Shown here one piece after another: positions 9,061 to 18,500 of a stretch of 64,000 bases of DNA; position 1 is the stretch's first letter, and every line of letters begins with the position of its first letter. The position numbers were made by a program, and so were the translations under genes. A model generated the notes under the pieces. It saw only the letters and a list, made by a program, of their open reading frames with translations. It searched no databases and had not been told where the DNA came from. Origin of the DNA: Ignavibacteria bacterium (lineage in GTDB: Bacteria > Bacteroidota > Ignavibacteria > Palsa-1295); contig JABDDM010000001.1 in assembly GCA_013287605.1 (NCBI GenBank), positions 24,833 through 88,832 on the forward strand, given 5' to 3'.

Positions 9061-10323
9061 TCACTTCCCTGCCGGTGTGCTTGCCGGAGCAGGTGTAGCT
9101 GGTGCAGCCGAAGTAGGGGCTGTGGAAGCTGGCGCCATCGAATTCTTCCCATTCGGATTGAATGGCGTAAGTGCTTCACCGTTCGCACCAATACGCTGCG
9201 CGAAATGAAACTTACCATCAACGATCCTCAGGATCGTAAGGGGCTTCTGGGCGTTGCGGTCTTTATCGATTGTGATCATCCCGGTTACACCAGGGAAATC
9301 CTTGGTTGCCGCGATCGCATCACGAAGCTTCTGATGCTCGGTCGTACCAGCTCGCGTGATCGCATCTGCAAGGATACGTGCGGCATCATAGCCAAGAGCA
9401 GCCATGGCATCCGGCGTCTTGCCATCATTTTTTGCCTTGTACTTCTTTACAAACTCCTGCACAACAGGGTCCGGATCTTCTGTCGCAAAGTGGTTCGAGA
9501 AATAAGTGTCGTTGAAGGCAGATTCATTACCTTTCGTCAGTTCTGGAGAATCCCAGCCGTCACCGCCGAGGATAGGACAGGTCAGACCTAGTTCGCGTGC
9601 CTGCCTAACGATCAACCCAACTTCATTATAATAGCCAGGTACGAAGATCACGTCCGGGTTAAAGCTTCTGATGGATGTAAGCTGTGCGTGAAAGTCTTTG
9701 TCGCCGGAAGCGTACGATTGTTCGCTTACAATTTGGCCACCCGACTTGGCGAATGTTTCGCGGAATGACTTTGCAAGACCAACCGAATAATCCTGCTTCA
9801 TGTCTTCGAGGAGCGCTGCACGTTTTTTCCCAAGCGAGTTAAGCGCGAAACGCGCCATCGATTGACCCTGATACGAATCAACGAAGCAAATTCGGAAAAT
9901 GTAGTCGCCGATCTTCGTAACGTCCTCGTTTGTCGAGGCAGGTGAGATCATTGGCACATGCGCAGACTGAGCAATCGGTCCACCAGCTTTGGAACGTCCG
10001 GATGCTACTTCTCCAAGCAGAGCTATTACCTGATCGCGATCGATCAGCTTGTGTACCGCCGCGGCTGCATCTTCGGTCTTCGACTGATCGTCTTCAGTGA
10101 TGAGATTGATCTTCTTGCCGATCACACCACCGCTGGTATTGATTTCGTCAATCGCCAGTACGGCGCCGGAATGCACCGATTGGCCGAATGTCGCGGTGTT
10201 GCCAGTCAAAGAGGCATACTCTCCAATGGGGATCGTATCTCCGGCCGGGCTGGTGGTCTTATTACACGAGGCGAGCGCAATGCCGCAACAGGAAAGAGCG
10301 ACAAGGAAAACCGTGGAGCGCAT
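9061..10323 (-). CDS. ABC transporter substrate-binding lipoprotein (LivK/LivJ-like, type I periplasmic binding fold)
   Basis: Lipobox ALASC after the internal ATG at 10323 (ORF track extends to 10389). Leu/Ile/Val-binding-protein-like core. Unusual Ala/Pro/Thr-rich C-terminal tail APASTAPTSAAPATPAPASTPAGK. Confidence 0.85.
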   Translation of the reverse strand: MRSTVFLVALSCCGIALASCNKTTSPAGDTIPIGEYASLTGNTATFGQSVHSGAVLAIDEINTSGGVIGKKINLITEDDQSKTEDAAAAVHKLIDRDQVIALLGEVASGRSKAGGPIAQSAHVPMISPASTNEDVTKIGDYIFRICFVDSYQGQSMARFALNSLGKKRAALLEDMKQDYSVGLAKSFRETFAKSGGQIVSEQSYASGDKDFHAQLTSIRSFNPDVIFVPGYYNEVGLIVRQARELGLTCPILGGDGWDSPELTKGNESAFNDTYFSNHFATEDPDPVVQEFVKKYKAKNDGKTPDAMAALGYDAARILADAITRAGTTEHQKLRDAIAATKDFPGVTGMITIDKDRNAQKPLTILRIVDGKFHFAQRIGANGEALTPFNPNGKNSMAPASTAPTSAAPATPAPASTPAGK

Positions 10324-10533
10324 AAATGAGAATGCCGAACGAACTGACGTACGATCCATAAAATCAAAAAGATAAAAAGCAACGCTCAATGTGTCCTGCG
10401 CGACATGATTGGACGGCAGGCCATGAGAAACACGCGTCGGGGCGCGAAAAACTAAGGATAAATATACGGATTCCCTGCGCAGGATGAATGCAACGACTCC
10501 TCAGCTCCAACAGGAACTGGTAGAACACTTTGG

Positions 10534-11193
10534 CTAACGCATGCCGAGTGCAGCCAACTTTTTAGAGTAGCTTGAACCCGGATATTCGTTGCGCAGACGC
10601 TCGTACCACAGGTTGGCTGCCTGTCGATTGCCAAGATTATTATTAGCAAGAGAAAGCTTGTAGAAGGCCATCGAGCGTTTGTACTCGGGTCCTACGTTTG
10701 TGACGTATTCAAAGTATGGAAGCGACTCGGCGTAGCGCTGCATTGCGAAATACGATTCTCCCATCCAGTAATACGCGTTGGGTACCAACTCCGGTGGCCG
10801 ACCTGCAACTACAGTTTGAGAAAATGCGCCGATCGCCTGATCGTACTGACCGCCATTGTACGCTGCCAGACCCGCCTGGTACACATCATACTCGGCCGCA
10901 TTTGGACGCGGCACGTACGGTGATCCCCAGGGAGTGCGCGGTGCGGCCGTTTCGTCCTGCGCCACCGGCGGTCGGTCGAGCTCCTGGTCAGCATTCATCG
11001 CCGCGACACGCTGGATCGCGCTATCGGTTCGCGCAAGCACTTGCTTGGCGCTGGTCGATTGCTGAGTAGAAGGCTGCGCTTGCTGTGCAGTCTTCGCTGG
11101 AGTTCGCGAACGGTTAGTGCGAGGTCTGCATGCCGAAAATCCAACAGCAACGACGAGAAGGAAGAGCGAAAAAGTGAAGGCGTTTCGTTTCAT
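10534..11193 (-). CDS. TPR lipoprotein, YbgF/CpoB C-terminal-domain-like
   Basis: Lipobox GFSAC after ATG 11193. The C-terminal repeats (PNAYYWMGESYF..., FYKLSLA..., NEYPGSSY) match the tol-pal YbgF TPR pattern. No coiled coil. Confidence 0.75.
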   Translation of the reverse strand: MKRNAFTFSLFLLVVAVGFSACRPRTNRSRTPAKTAQQAQPSTQQSTSAKQVLARTDSAIQRVAAMNADQELDRPPVAQDETAAPRTPWGSPYVPRPNAAEYDVYQAGLAAYNGGQYDQAIGAFSQTVVAGRPPELVPNAYYWMGESYFAMQRYAESLPYFEYVTNVGPEYKRSMAFYKLSLANNNLGNRQAANLWYERLRNEYPGSSYSKKLAALGMR

Positions 11194-11210
11194 GAGTGTC
11201 AGTGCCTCCA

Positions 11211-12071
11211 TTAGTAAATGTTGAATTTGAGACCCAGCGAGATCGATACGTTCGATGCCGAGCGCTGTGGTTGATTCAGGAAGAGCAGCGAGTGATCATC
11301 CGCAGTATTCACGGTCGTGATCGAGCCATTCCTTATGATCTGCGATGAGTAAACGTAATTGGACATCTCGGTTAGACGGATCTCACCAAACAGGTCAAAA
11401 AAACTATTACCATCGTCCGGCGAATAGGCAACAGGGAATTCGAATCCCATTGCACCATAGAGTCCAAACGGCAGCGGCGGCGACATCTTCCTTGTAAAAT
11501 TCTGCGAACCGTCCAGAGAAAACGAAACATTCTCTTCGTAAATAGCTACGAGATAGATGCCTCCTCCCGCACCAATGTAGATTGACGGCAACCCAGCGCC
11601 AAAACTTGAGCGCGCATTTAGTCCAAGCGTAACCGGAACATACGAGGTTGTTCGCGTGGTAGTTTGAAGACCTCCGCTTGGCAGGACATCGACCGTTGTT
11701 CCGCCCGTTGAAAGATGATAACCACTTGCTACTTCAAGTTCAAGCGCGACAACAGGCGTTTTGCTGGGCCCGACGCCGAACGAATCGGTATTCATCACTT
11801 CGATCGGAACGATGGGAAGATCGAGTGCAAGGTTGACCTTGGCACCTTCGCCAGTACTCCACCACACGGGCGAGGCTGCGTTGTTGCCGTAGAGTTGGCG
11901 AGAGCGTCCAATGCCCCAGCCTCCACTCAGCTTGACACTGAAGAGTGTCGGAAGACCCTCGAGCGGTGCATCAACAGGTTCATCCTGAGCAAAAAGACTC
12001 GCTGGCAGAAACGAAACCACACTCACGAGGAGCAAAAAAGAGAACAGGACTTGTGTTAAAGTTTTTTTCAT
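11211..12071 (-). CDS. outer-membrane beta-barrel protein (hypothetical)
   Basis: Signal peptide ..ASLFAQ, alternating beta-strand pattern, and a C-terminal LGLKFNIY aromatic terminus. Confidence 0.7.
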   Translation of the reverse strand: MKKTLTQVLFSFLLLVSVVSFLPASLFAQDEPVDAPLEGLPTLFSVKLSGGWGIGRSRQLYGNNAASPVWWSTGEGAKVNLALDLPIVPIEVMNTDSFGVGPSKTPVVALELEVASGYHLSTGGTTVDVLPSGGLQTTTRTTSYVPVTLGLNARSSFGAGLPSIYIGAGGGIYLVAIYEENVSFSLDGSQNFTRKMSPPLPFGLYGAMGFEFPVAYSPDDGNSFFDLFGEIRLTEMSNYVYSSQIIRNGSITTVNTADDHSLLFLNQPQRSASNVSISLGLKFNIY

Positions 12072-12093
12072 AGCTCGCTATACACGGCCGATG

Positions 12094-12897
12094 TTACTGA
12101 AGTCTTCGTAATCTTCCCTCAACACGCGAGCGATACTCGCTGTCAGGGTATTGGGCAACCAAACGCTGATAAGCCGAACGCGCGGCAGCTTTGTTTCCAA
12201 GTTTCTCGTACGACTCACCGATCTTGAACTGTGCATCATCAGCCTTCGTCGAACTGGAATATCCATCGATGACCGATTGAAAGCTCGCGACCGCATCATT
12301 GTACCTGCTAAGCGCGTACTGCGATTCCCCGCGCCAGTACAAATAGTTTGGTTCGTAGGGCGATGCCGCATCATCACGAGACAATTCGTCGAACGCGTTC
12401 ATTGCTTCTTCGTACCGTGCTTCATTGAATAGCTGGAGCGCTCGCGCGTATCTCTCGGGGTTCTTGCCGCCGCCGGTGCCTGAACTTGGCAGCGGTGCAT
12501 ATGGTGGAATTCCGCCTGTGGGCGGCGCACTGAACGTGTTCCCTGATGAAGGCACCGTCGAAGGCGCTGTAGCAGGCGGCGTGGCGGGCGGCATCATTGA
12601 TGGCAACCGATAAGCAGATCCCTGAACTCGCTGCTGTTCGATCATGCTGCGTAAGCGCGCTACTTCGATCTCGAGATTCTTAATTCGCACTCTGTCATGT
12701 TCGAGCGCACCTGACATTGTGTCTATTAGATCGACAAGATGTGCCTGCACGATCAAGAGTGAATCCGTTGACTTCGAACTTGAGGCAGCATTCTTCGAAG
12801 CGTTGTTTGTGTTCGACCGCCGAGTTTGCTGTGAGGGCCGACATCCTGAGCCGACAATAAGCAGCGTGGCAACAACAAGATAAAGCGCACGCTTCAT
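12094..12897 (-). CDS. CpoB/YbgF-like TPR lipoprotein with N-terminal coiled coil
   Basis: Lipobox GSGC after ATG 12897 (track ORF extends to 12993). Order is a coiled-coil segment (..RIKNLEIEVARLRSMIEQQ..), a Pro-rich linker, then YbgF-type TPRs (PNYLYWRGESQY, AQFKIGESYEKLG, AQYPDSEY). Confidence 0.8.
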   Translation of the reverse strand: MKRALYLVVATLLIVGSGCRPSQQTRRSNTNNASKNAASSSKSTDSLLIVQAHLVDLIDTMSGALEHDRVRIKNLEIEVARLRSMIEQQRVQGSAYRLPSMMPPATPPATAPSTVPSSGNTFSAPPTGGIPPYAPLPSSGTGGGKNPERYARALQLFNEARYEEAMNAFDELSRDDAASPYEPNYLYWRGESQYALSRYNDAVASFQSVIDGYSSSTKADDAQFKIGESYEKLGNKAAARSAYQRLVAQYPDSEYRSRVEGRLRRLQ

Positions 12898-13131
12898 CCG
12901 CCGCCAATTGAGGAAAGGGTGGCAGAGGATTTCATCGATGTTCGACATCTGATCGGTTCGAGCCTTCAAGAGCGGATATTCACAAGAGTGCACCGTAGTA
13001 GCAATAGCGGCACACTTGTCAGAATATGAAATATACTAAACTTCTCGCTGAAACAAGTGTGTTCGGTGTGCGCAAGATCGAATTTACAGGCGCATTTTGG
13101 CCGAAAACCCGTGGATTTCGCTTATTTGCGG

Positions 13132-13139
13132 TATCTTTG
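13132..13139 (+). promoter_or_regulatory. candidate Bacteroidetes-type -7 promoter box (TAnnTTTG)
   Basis: TATCTTTG lies 40 nt upstream of the lpxC/fabZ ATG in a 280-bp divergent intergenic region. This is a motif match only. Confidence 0.3.
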
Positions 13140-13178
13140 CAGTGATTTCAACTATATCGGGATTGTCTTAAGCTTCAA

Positions 13179-14588
13179 ATGCGGTCAAATCAACGTACTA
13201 TTCGCTCTACAAACCGGTTCGAAGGCGTCGGCCTGCACACTGGGAATGCGAGCTCAATCGAGTTTCATCCAGCTCCGGAAAATTATGGTATCCGGTTCGT
13301 CCGAAAGGACATTGAGGGTTCTCCAGAAATCCCAGCCATCGTTGACTTTGTCTCAGACATTTCCCGCGGCACGACGCTTGCAAATGATGGAGCGAGCGTG
13401 CACACGGTCGAGCACGTTCTCGCTGCTGTCGTTGGTCTCGAGATCGACAACGTTCGTATTGAACTGACCGCCAATGAACCACCGATTGGAGATGGCAGCG
13501 CAGAGCCCTATGTTTCGACACTTATGTCGGCAGGCTTCGAAGAACAAGTTGCCGCACGCACGTATTTGGTAATCGACGAGGCGATCAGCTATTCGAATGA
13601 ACCGAAAGGCGTTGAAATGGTCGCCCTCCCCTTGGCCGACGACTACAGGATGACTGTTATGGTCGATTACCACAACCCTGCGCTTGGAAGCCAGCACACA
13701 GGTTTATTCTCGCTGCAGAAAGAGTTTGTAACCGAGTTTGCCCCTGCTCGCACGTTTTGTTTTTTACATGAAGTCGAAATGCTTCGCGAAGGCGGCCTCA
13801 TCCGAGGAGGCAATCTCGATAATGCGATCGTAATTGTTGACCGTGATCTTGATGATGCCGAGCTAACACGAATTAGCAACAAGCTTGGCATCACGGACTC
13901 TGTGATCCTGGGCACCAACGGCGTACTGAACAATCGCCAGCTTCGTTATAAAAACGAACCTGCACGGCATAAGCTGCTGGATCTTCTAGGTGACTTGGCG
14001 CTGGTCGGTGCACCCATGCAAGCCCAGATACTCGCTGCGCGCCCGGGACACGCGTCGAATGTAGAATTCGCGCGAAAGCTGCGAAAGCTCTTCGAGAAAA
14101 AATCGCTGCTCAAAAAATATACTTCCGCTTCAACGAAGAATGTGATCTTTGATATTGAAGCGATTGAGCGAATCATGCCGCATCGTTATCCGATGCTCCT
14201 GATCGACCGCATTTTAGAAATGGATCTCGAAGAGGGCTCGCGACGGATCGTAGGCCTGAAGAACGTCACCTATAATGAGCCTTTTTTTATGGGCCATTTT
14301 CCGCAAAAGCCGGTAATGCCTGGTGTGCTTATTCTTGAAGCGATGGCACAGGCTGGAGGGATGCTCTTACTCAATGCAGTTGAAGAGCCGGAAAAAAAGC
14401 TAATCTTTTTTATGTCGATAGACAAAGCCAAATTCCGCAAGCCCGTCATACCAGGCGATCAACTTATCTTCGAACTTAAAATGATGCGAGAGCGCGGGAA
14501 GACATTTCAAATGTCTGGTACGGCAACGGTCGATGGCCAATTGGTCTCCGAGGCAGAATTCATGGCTGCGATCGTCGATAAAGAGTAA
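13179..14588 (+). CDS. lpxC/fabZ: bifunctional UDP-3-O-acyl-GlcNAc deacetylase / 3-hydroxyacyl-ACP dehydratase (LpxC-FabZ fusion)
   Basis: N-terminal LpxC motifs (GVGLHTG, HTVEHVLAA). C-terminal FabZ hot-dog motifs (LPHRYPMLLIDRI, FFMGHFP..PVMPGVL..EAMAQ). This fusion is characteristic of Bacteroidota/Chlorobi. Confidence 0.95.
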   Translation: MRSNQRTIRSTNRFEGVGLHTGNASSIEFHPAPENYGIRFVRKDIEGSPEIPAIVDFVSDISRGTTLANDGASVHTVEHVLAAVVGLEIDNVRIELTANEPPIGDGSAEPYVSTLMSAGFEEQVAARTYLVIDEAISYSNEPKGVEMVALPLADDYRMTVMVDYHNPALGSQHTGLFSLQKEFVTEFAPARTFCFLHEVEMLREGGLIRGGNLDNAIVIVDRDLDDAELTRISNKLGITDSVILGTNGVLNNRQLRYKNEPARHKLLDLLGDLALVGAPMQAQILAARPGHASNVEFARKLRKLFEKKSLLKKYTSASTKNVIFDIEAIERIMPHRYPMLLIDRILEMDLEEGSRRIVGLKNVTYNEPFFMGHFPQKPVMPGVLILEAMAQAGGMLLLNAVEEPEKKLIFFMSIDKAKFRKPVIPGDQLIFELKMMRERGKTFQMSGTATVDGQLVSEAEFMAAIVDKE

Positions 14589-14596
14589 ACTGACCA

Positions 14597-15406
14597 ATGC
14601 CAACGATCCACCCGACCGCGATTGTCGATCCAAACGCTGAGCTTGCACAAGATGTGATCGTAGGTCCCTACGTAATCATCGAGGGCGACGTTGAGATTGA
14701 CGAGGGCAGCGTGATTCATCATCATGCCTACATCGGGAAAGGAGCCAGATTGGGAAAACGCTGCAAGGTCCATCATGCAGCTGTTGTCTCAAATGTCCCA
14801 CAAGACCTAAAGTTCAAAGGGACGGAGAAGACCTATGTCATTGTAGGTGAAGATTGTACGATTCGAGAATTTGCGACAATCCACCGCGCGACAGAGCACG
14901 CGTTCGATACCAATGCCGGCACACTCGACGGCACAACACGGATCGGACGCAACTGCCTAGTGATGGCCTATGCGCATGTCGCCCATGATTGCCTGGTGGG
15001 CGACGAAGTGATCCTTTCGAACATGGTACAAATGGCAGGGCATGTTACGATTGAACCTTACGCCATCATTGGAGGCGGTTGTCTGATCCATCAGTTCTCC
15101 CTCATCGGCACGATGTCCATGGTGGGTGGTGGTTCTCAAATCAGAAAAGATATTCCGCCCTTCGCACTGATCGGCGGGGAGTCGCTTCGCTTCAGTGGTA
15201 TCAATAAGATCGGTCTCCAGCGTCACGGGAAATCACCCGAAACGATAGCCGCGATCAAGTCAGCTTACGCAACGATCTATTCATCAGGATTAAACTTCGG
15301 CGATGGAATCAAGAAGCTGTCCAGCGATGGCATGGCATCTATCCCTGAAATCAAGCATATTATCGAGTTCATCCAAGGTTCAAAGCGAGGCATCGTCGGT
15401 ACTTGA
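14597..15406 (+). CDS. lpxA: acyl-ACP--UDP-GlcNAc O-acyltransferase
   Basis: Starts IHPTAIVDPNAELA followed by hexapeptide repeats. 269 aa, 8 nt after lpxC/fabZ. Confidence 0.95.
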   Translation: MPTIHPTAIVDPNAELAQDVIVGPYVIIEGDVEIDEGSVIHHHAYIGKGARLGKRCKVHHAAVVSNVPQDLKFKGTEKTYVIVGEDCTIREFATIHRATEHAFDTNAGTLDGTTRIGRNCLVMAYAHVAHDCLVGDEVILSNMVQMAGHVTIEPYAIIGGGCLIHQFSLIGTMSMVGGGSQIRKDIPPFALIGGESLRFSGINKIGLQRHGKSPETIAAIKSAYATIYSSGLNFGDGIKKLSSDGMASIPEIKHIIEFIQGSKRGIVGT

Positions 15407-15529
15407 GAATCCAGTCGTCCTCACCGCTGCGCTGTGTCTAGTCAGCCAATCGATCCCAATCAGTGTCTAAGCGTATCACGAAAAGCAAGCTGCTCATCAG
15501 CACTCCCTGGCAGCCATTTATAAAAGAAA

Positions 15530-15557
15530 GAGGCCTTCACATTACTGTGAAGGCCTC
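15530..15557. terminator. bidirectional rho-independent terminator
   Basis: Perfect 11-bp stem gaggccttcac/gtgaaggcctc with a 6-nt loop. An A-run lies upstream and a T-rich run downstream. It sits between convergent lpxA and the giant T9SS cargo gene. Confidence 0.85.
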
Positions 15558-15581
15558 TTCTTAATTCGAGAAGACTATTCC

Positions 15582-18500
15582 CTATTTCGAAAGCGTCATC
15601 TTGCGTGTTGCAGAGAACTGACCGCTTGTGATCTTGTAGAGATAGGTACCTGACGGCAACTCGCTCTTGTCGTCACCATGACCATCAAAGAAGATGGTTG
15701 TCGTACCAGCCTGTGCATCGCCGCTGTAGAGCATGCGAACGACCTGTCCGAGCATGTTATAAACCACCAGTTGCGTCGGAGCACTTACGGGCAGCGTGAA
15801 GCTGATCTCCGTAGATGGGTTGAACGGGTTCGGGTAGTTCTGCTGCAGTGCAAAGTTGGTTGGCTGCGCAACAGTTACTTCCACTGTGTTGGACACGTGC
15901 TGGGCACCATTCAGGTCTCGCTGAATAATGCGGTAGTTGTACGTACCGGGCATCACATTACGATCGGTGAACGCATAGCCAGTTGTCTGGCTGCTGTTCG
16001 TGACCGTACTGCGAACATCACCGATGTGCATCCACTGTGAGCCTGCATCATTCTTCGGCTGACGTTCGATCGAGAAGCCCTGGTTGTCGATTTCCTTGGT
16101 GGTCGCCCATGTCAACAACGCGTTGCCATTCTGGTTGACACCATGGAGATAGAGCAACTCGACCGGCAACATAATGCTGCGGCTGACGAGCGGACGGATC
16201 ATTGGAGTGTAGGTGCCACCCCAGATGAAGAATGAGTAATTGACGAATGAGCGCCATGCCAGCGGTGGCGAGAATGGGGTAATGTTCGTACTAGAATTGG
16301 ATCCTGCCATCGTCGGCCACCAACCATTCGATGGAGTCCAACCTGCCCAACCACCAGAACCCGCTGTAACTTCCAAAGCCCATACGCAAGAGGCATCGCC
16401 ATTGTTTATCGTGGCTCCAGCCTGTGTTCCGAACGGATCATTGTAAATCGGCGGGATCTGAGGCGTGAAACCATCCGCAACGCGAATGAGACCACCGCCC
16501 TTAGACAGATTTCCTCCAATCATCATGTTCTGTAAACCAAGCTGGCTAACAGATATCCAGTAGACGCCCTTCGTAGCACCAGCATCGGAGCCACCATTAA
16601 GGACGACCGGTTTCGGGAAAAAGTACGGCCAGAATTGATTGTAGGAACCACCAAGACGTCTTGCATTGAACGTCGCAATCGTATCTCCTGGCGTACAGCT
16701 GCTCGGATCACCATTCAGCAATGAAATGCGAATAGGATCGTCAGACTGGTTCGCGTTAGAGAAATAAACATTCACGCCATAGACGGTATCTTTGGTCACA
16801 AGACGGAATTTCGTAGCAAAACTTCCGTTGTTGCCATTGAATCCAACGCCCTGACCAACTTCATTCGTAACGGCTGGCCAATCATTACCAGCACCTGGTG
16901 CGGTTGTCAAACCGGCGTTGTCATACGCAAACTCCTGCGTTGGACTTCCACCAGTTTCCACGTTGAGCGTGAAGAGCGTGTACGTGACGTTATCATCCTC
17001 GTAAGAATCGTATCCAGCTTGCGCGAGGTATGCAATAATCTGATACTCGCCCTGATCCGTCGCGTTCTGCGCGTTCCAGTTCGGCATTTGGATCGTAGTA
17101 TCCGTACCACCGACGATCGAAGTCACGGTTGAAGTCTGATAATACTTCGTCTCGCCGCCAGGTCCGATGATTTGTACACGGATCGGGAAAGCGACCGCAA
17201 CGTCTGTTGAATTGTTGGCAATGTGTACAAAGATTGGAAGCGACACAGCCTGTGAAGCCGGGATCTTTGTATATGGATTGACGCAACGAACCCACATGAC
17301 TTCAATTTCTGGCTTGCGGGGAACCTGCACGGAGAGGTTATCCACGAACCAGTCATCATTATCATCTGTAGGCGGTGGCAAAGCACTGCCGTCATACTTC
17401 GCCTTCAGACGAAGACGGAAGCGGAAACGGTTGTTGAAGTAATTCGTCCTTGGAAGCGAATTCTCGAGTCTGACAAACAGACGCTTGAATTCGAAATCAT
17501 GTCCGCCGTCAATCGACGTAATGCGTGACCAGCCACTTCCGGAAGGGTTACACGCCGGCTCAAGTGGATTCTTGAATTCGAGCGTGAGGGAATCTCCACG
17601 ACGAAGTACGTTACCAAGAATATTCAGAACCGTGTGTTCAGGTCCATACATGACATCCGCGTCCCACAACCATGGATAGGTTGTACGCCCAGATCGCTGG
17701 TAGTCGAATGCCAAACCGGCCTTCGTCTGTCCCTGAAGGTTGATCGGGAAGCTGATGAGGGTGTCACCAACGCCGGTACCCGCATAGGTATTACCATCGA
17801 TATCCTGACGATCGAGTCGAATCACAGGAGATTTGTACTGGTGACCACCGAATCCAATCGGGTCACGTGGCGGAGGCGGATCGAAGGTAGCGTCTTCACC
17901 ATCGACAACCTGTGCGCCGATCGAGATCCACTTTTGCTGATCCGGGATATCACCTGAAGAAGTGATGCTATAATTATTCGACCCATCGTTAAACGGCAAC
18001 GACTGTGTGCGAACACCAAACACGCGGATGCATGTGGTATCGTCAAACGGCCATACGTCACCGATGTACGCATCGCTCGTGTCAAACGAGGTTGCGATCG
18101 CACACGCTTTGAACGTACCAAGCTGGTTGAGAATGTTCGGGTTGGTCGCGTACGGCGTAAAGTCGAGCGCCTGACGCTTTTCCCCCGGAGCCATGTTCAA
18201 CATATTGGACGTACGTCCGTATACTGCGATACCAGTCACAACATTGCGGATCTGGAACCGAGCCTTGAAGCTCTGAACGACAGAGTCAACATTCCTGAAC
18301 GTCGCCTTTGGAGTCACGGACGTTCCAAGACAGATTTCGAAGTTGCGAGGCGGGTAATCGACAGACTCAGCTCTGACGACGTTGTGCCAGCGTTTGAACT
18401 TCACAGACCATTGGCCGGACTGACGGAAGTTCTTATTACAGTTAGGGCAGTTCGGGTTGACGGCATCCCAGGTATTCTGATGCAGAACTGATGTCGCCTG

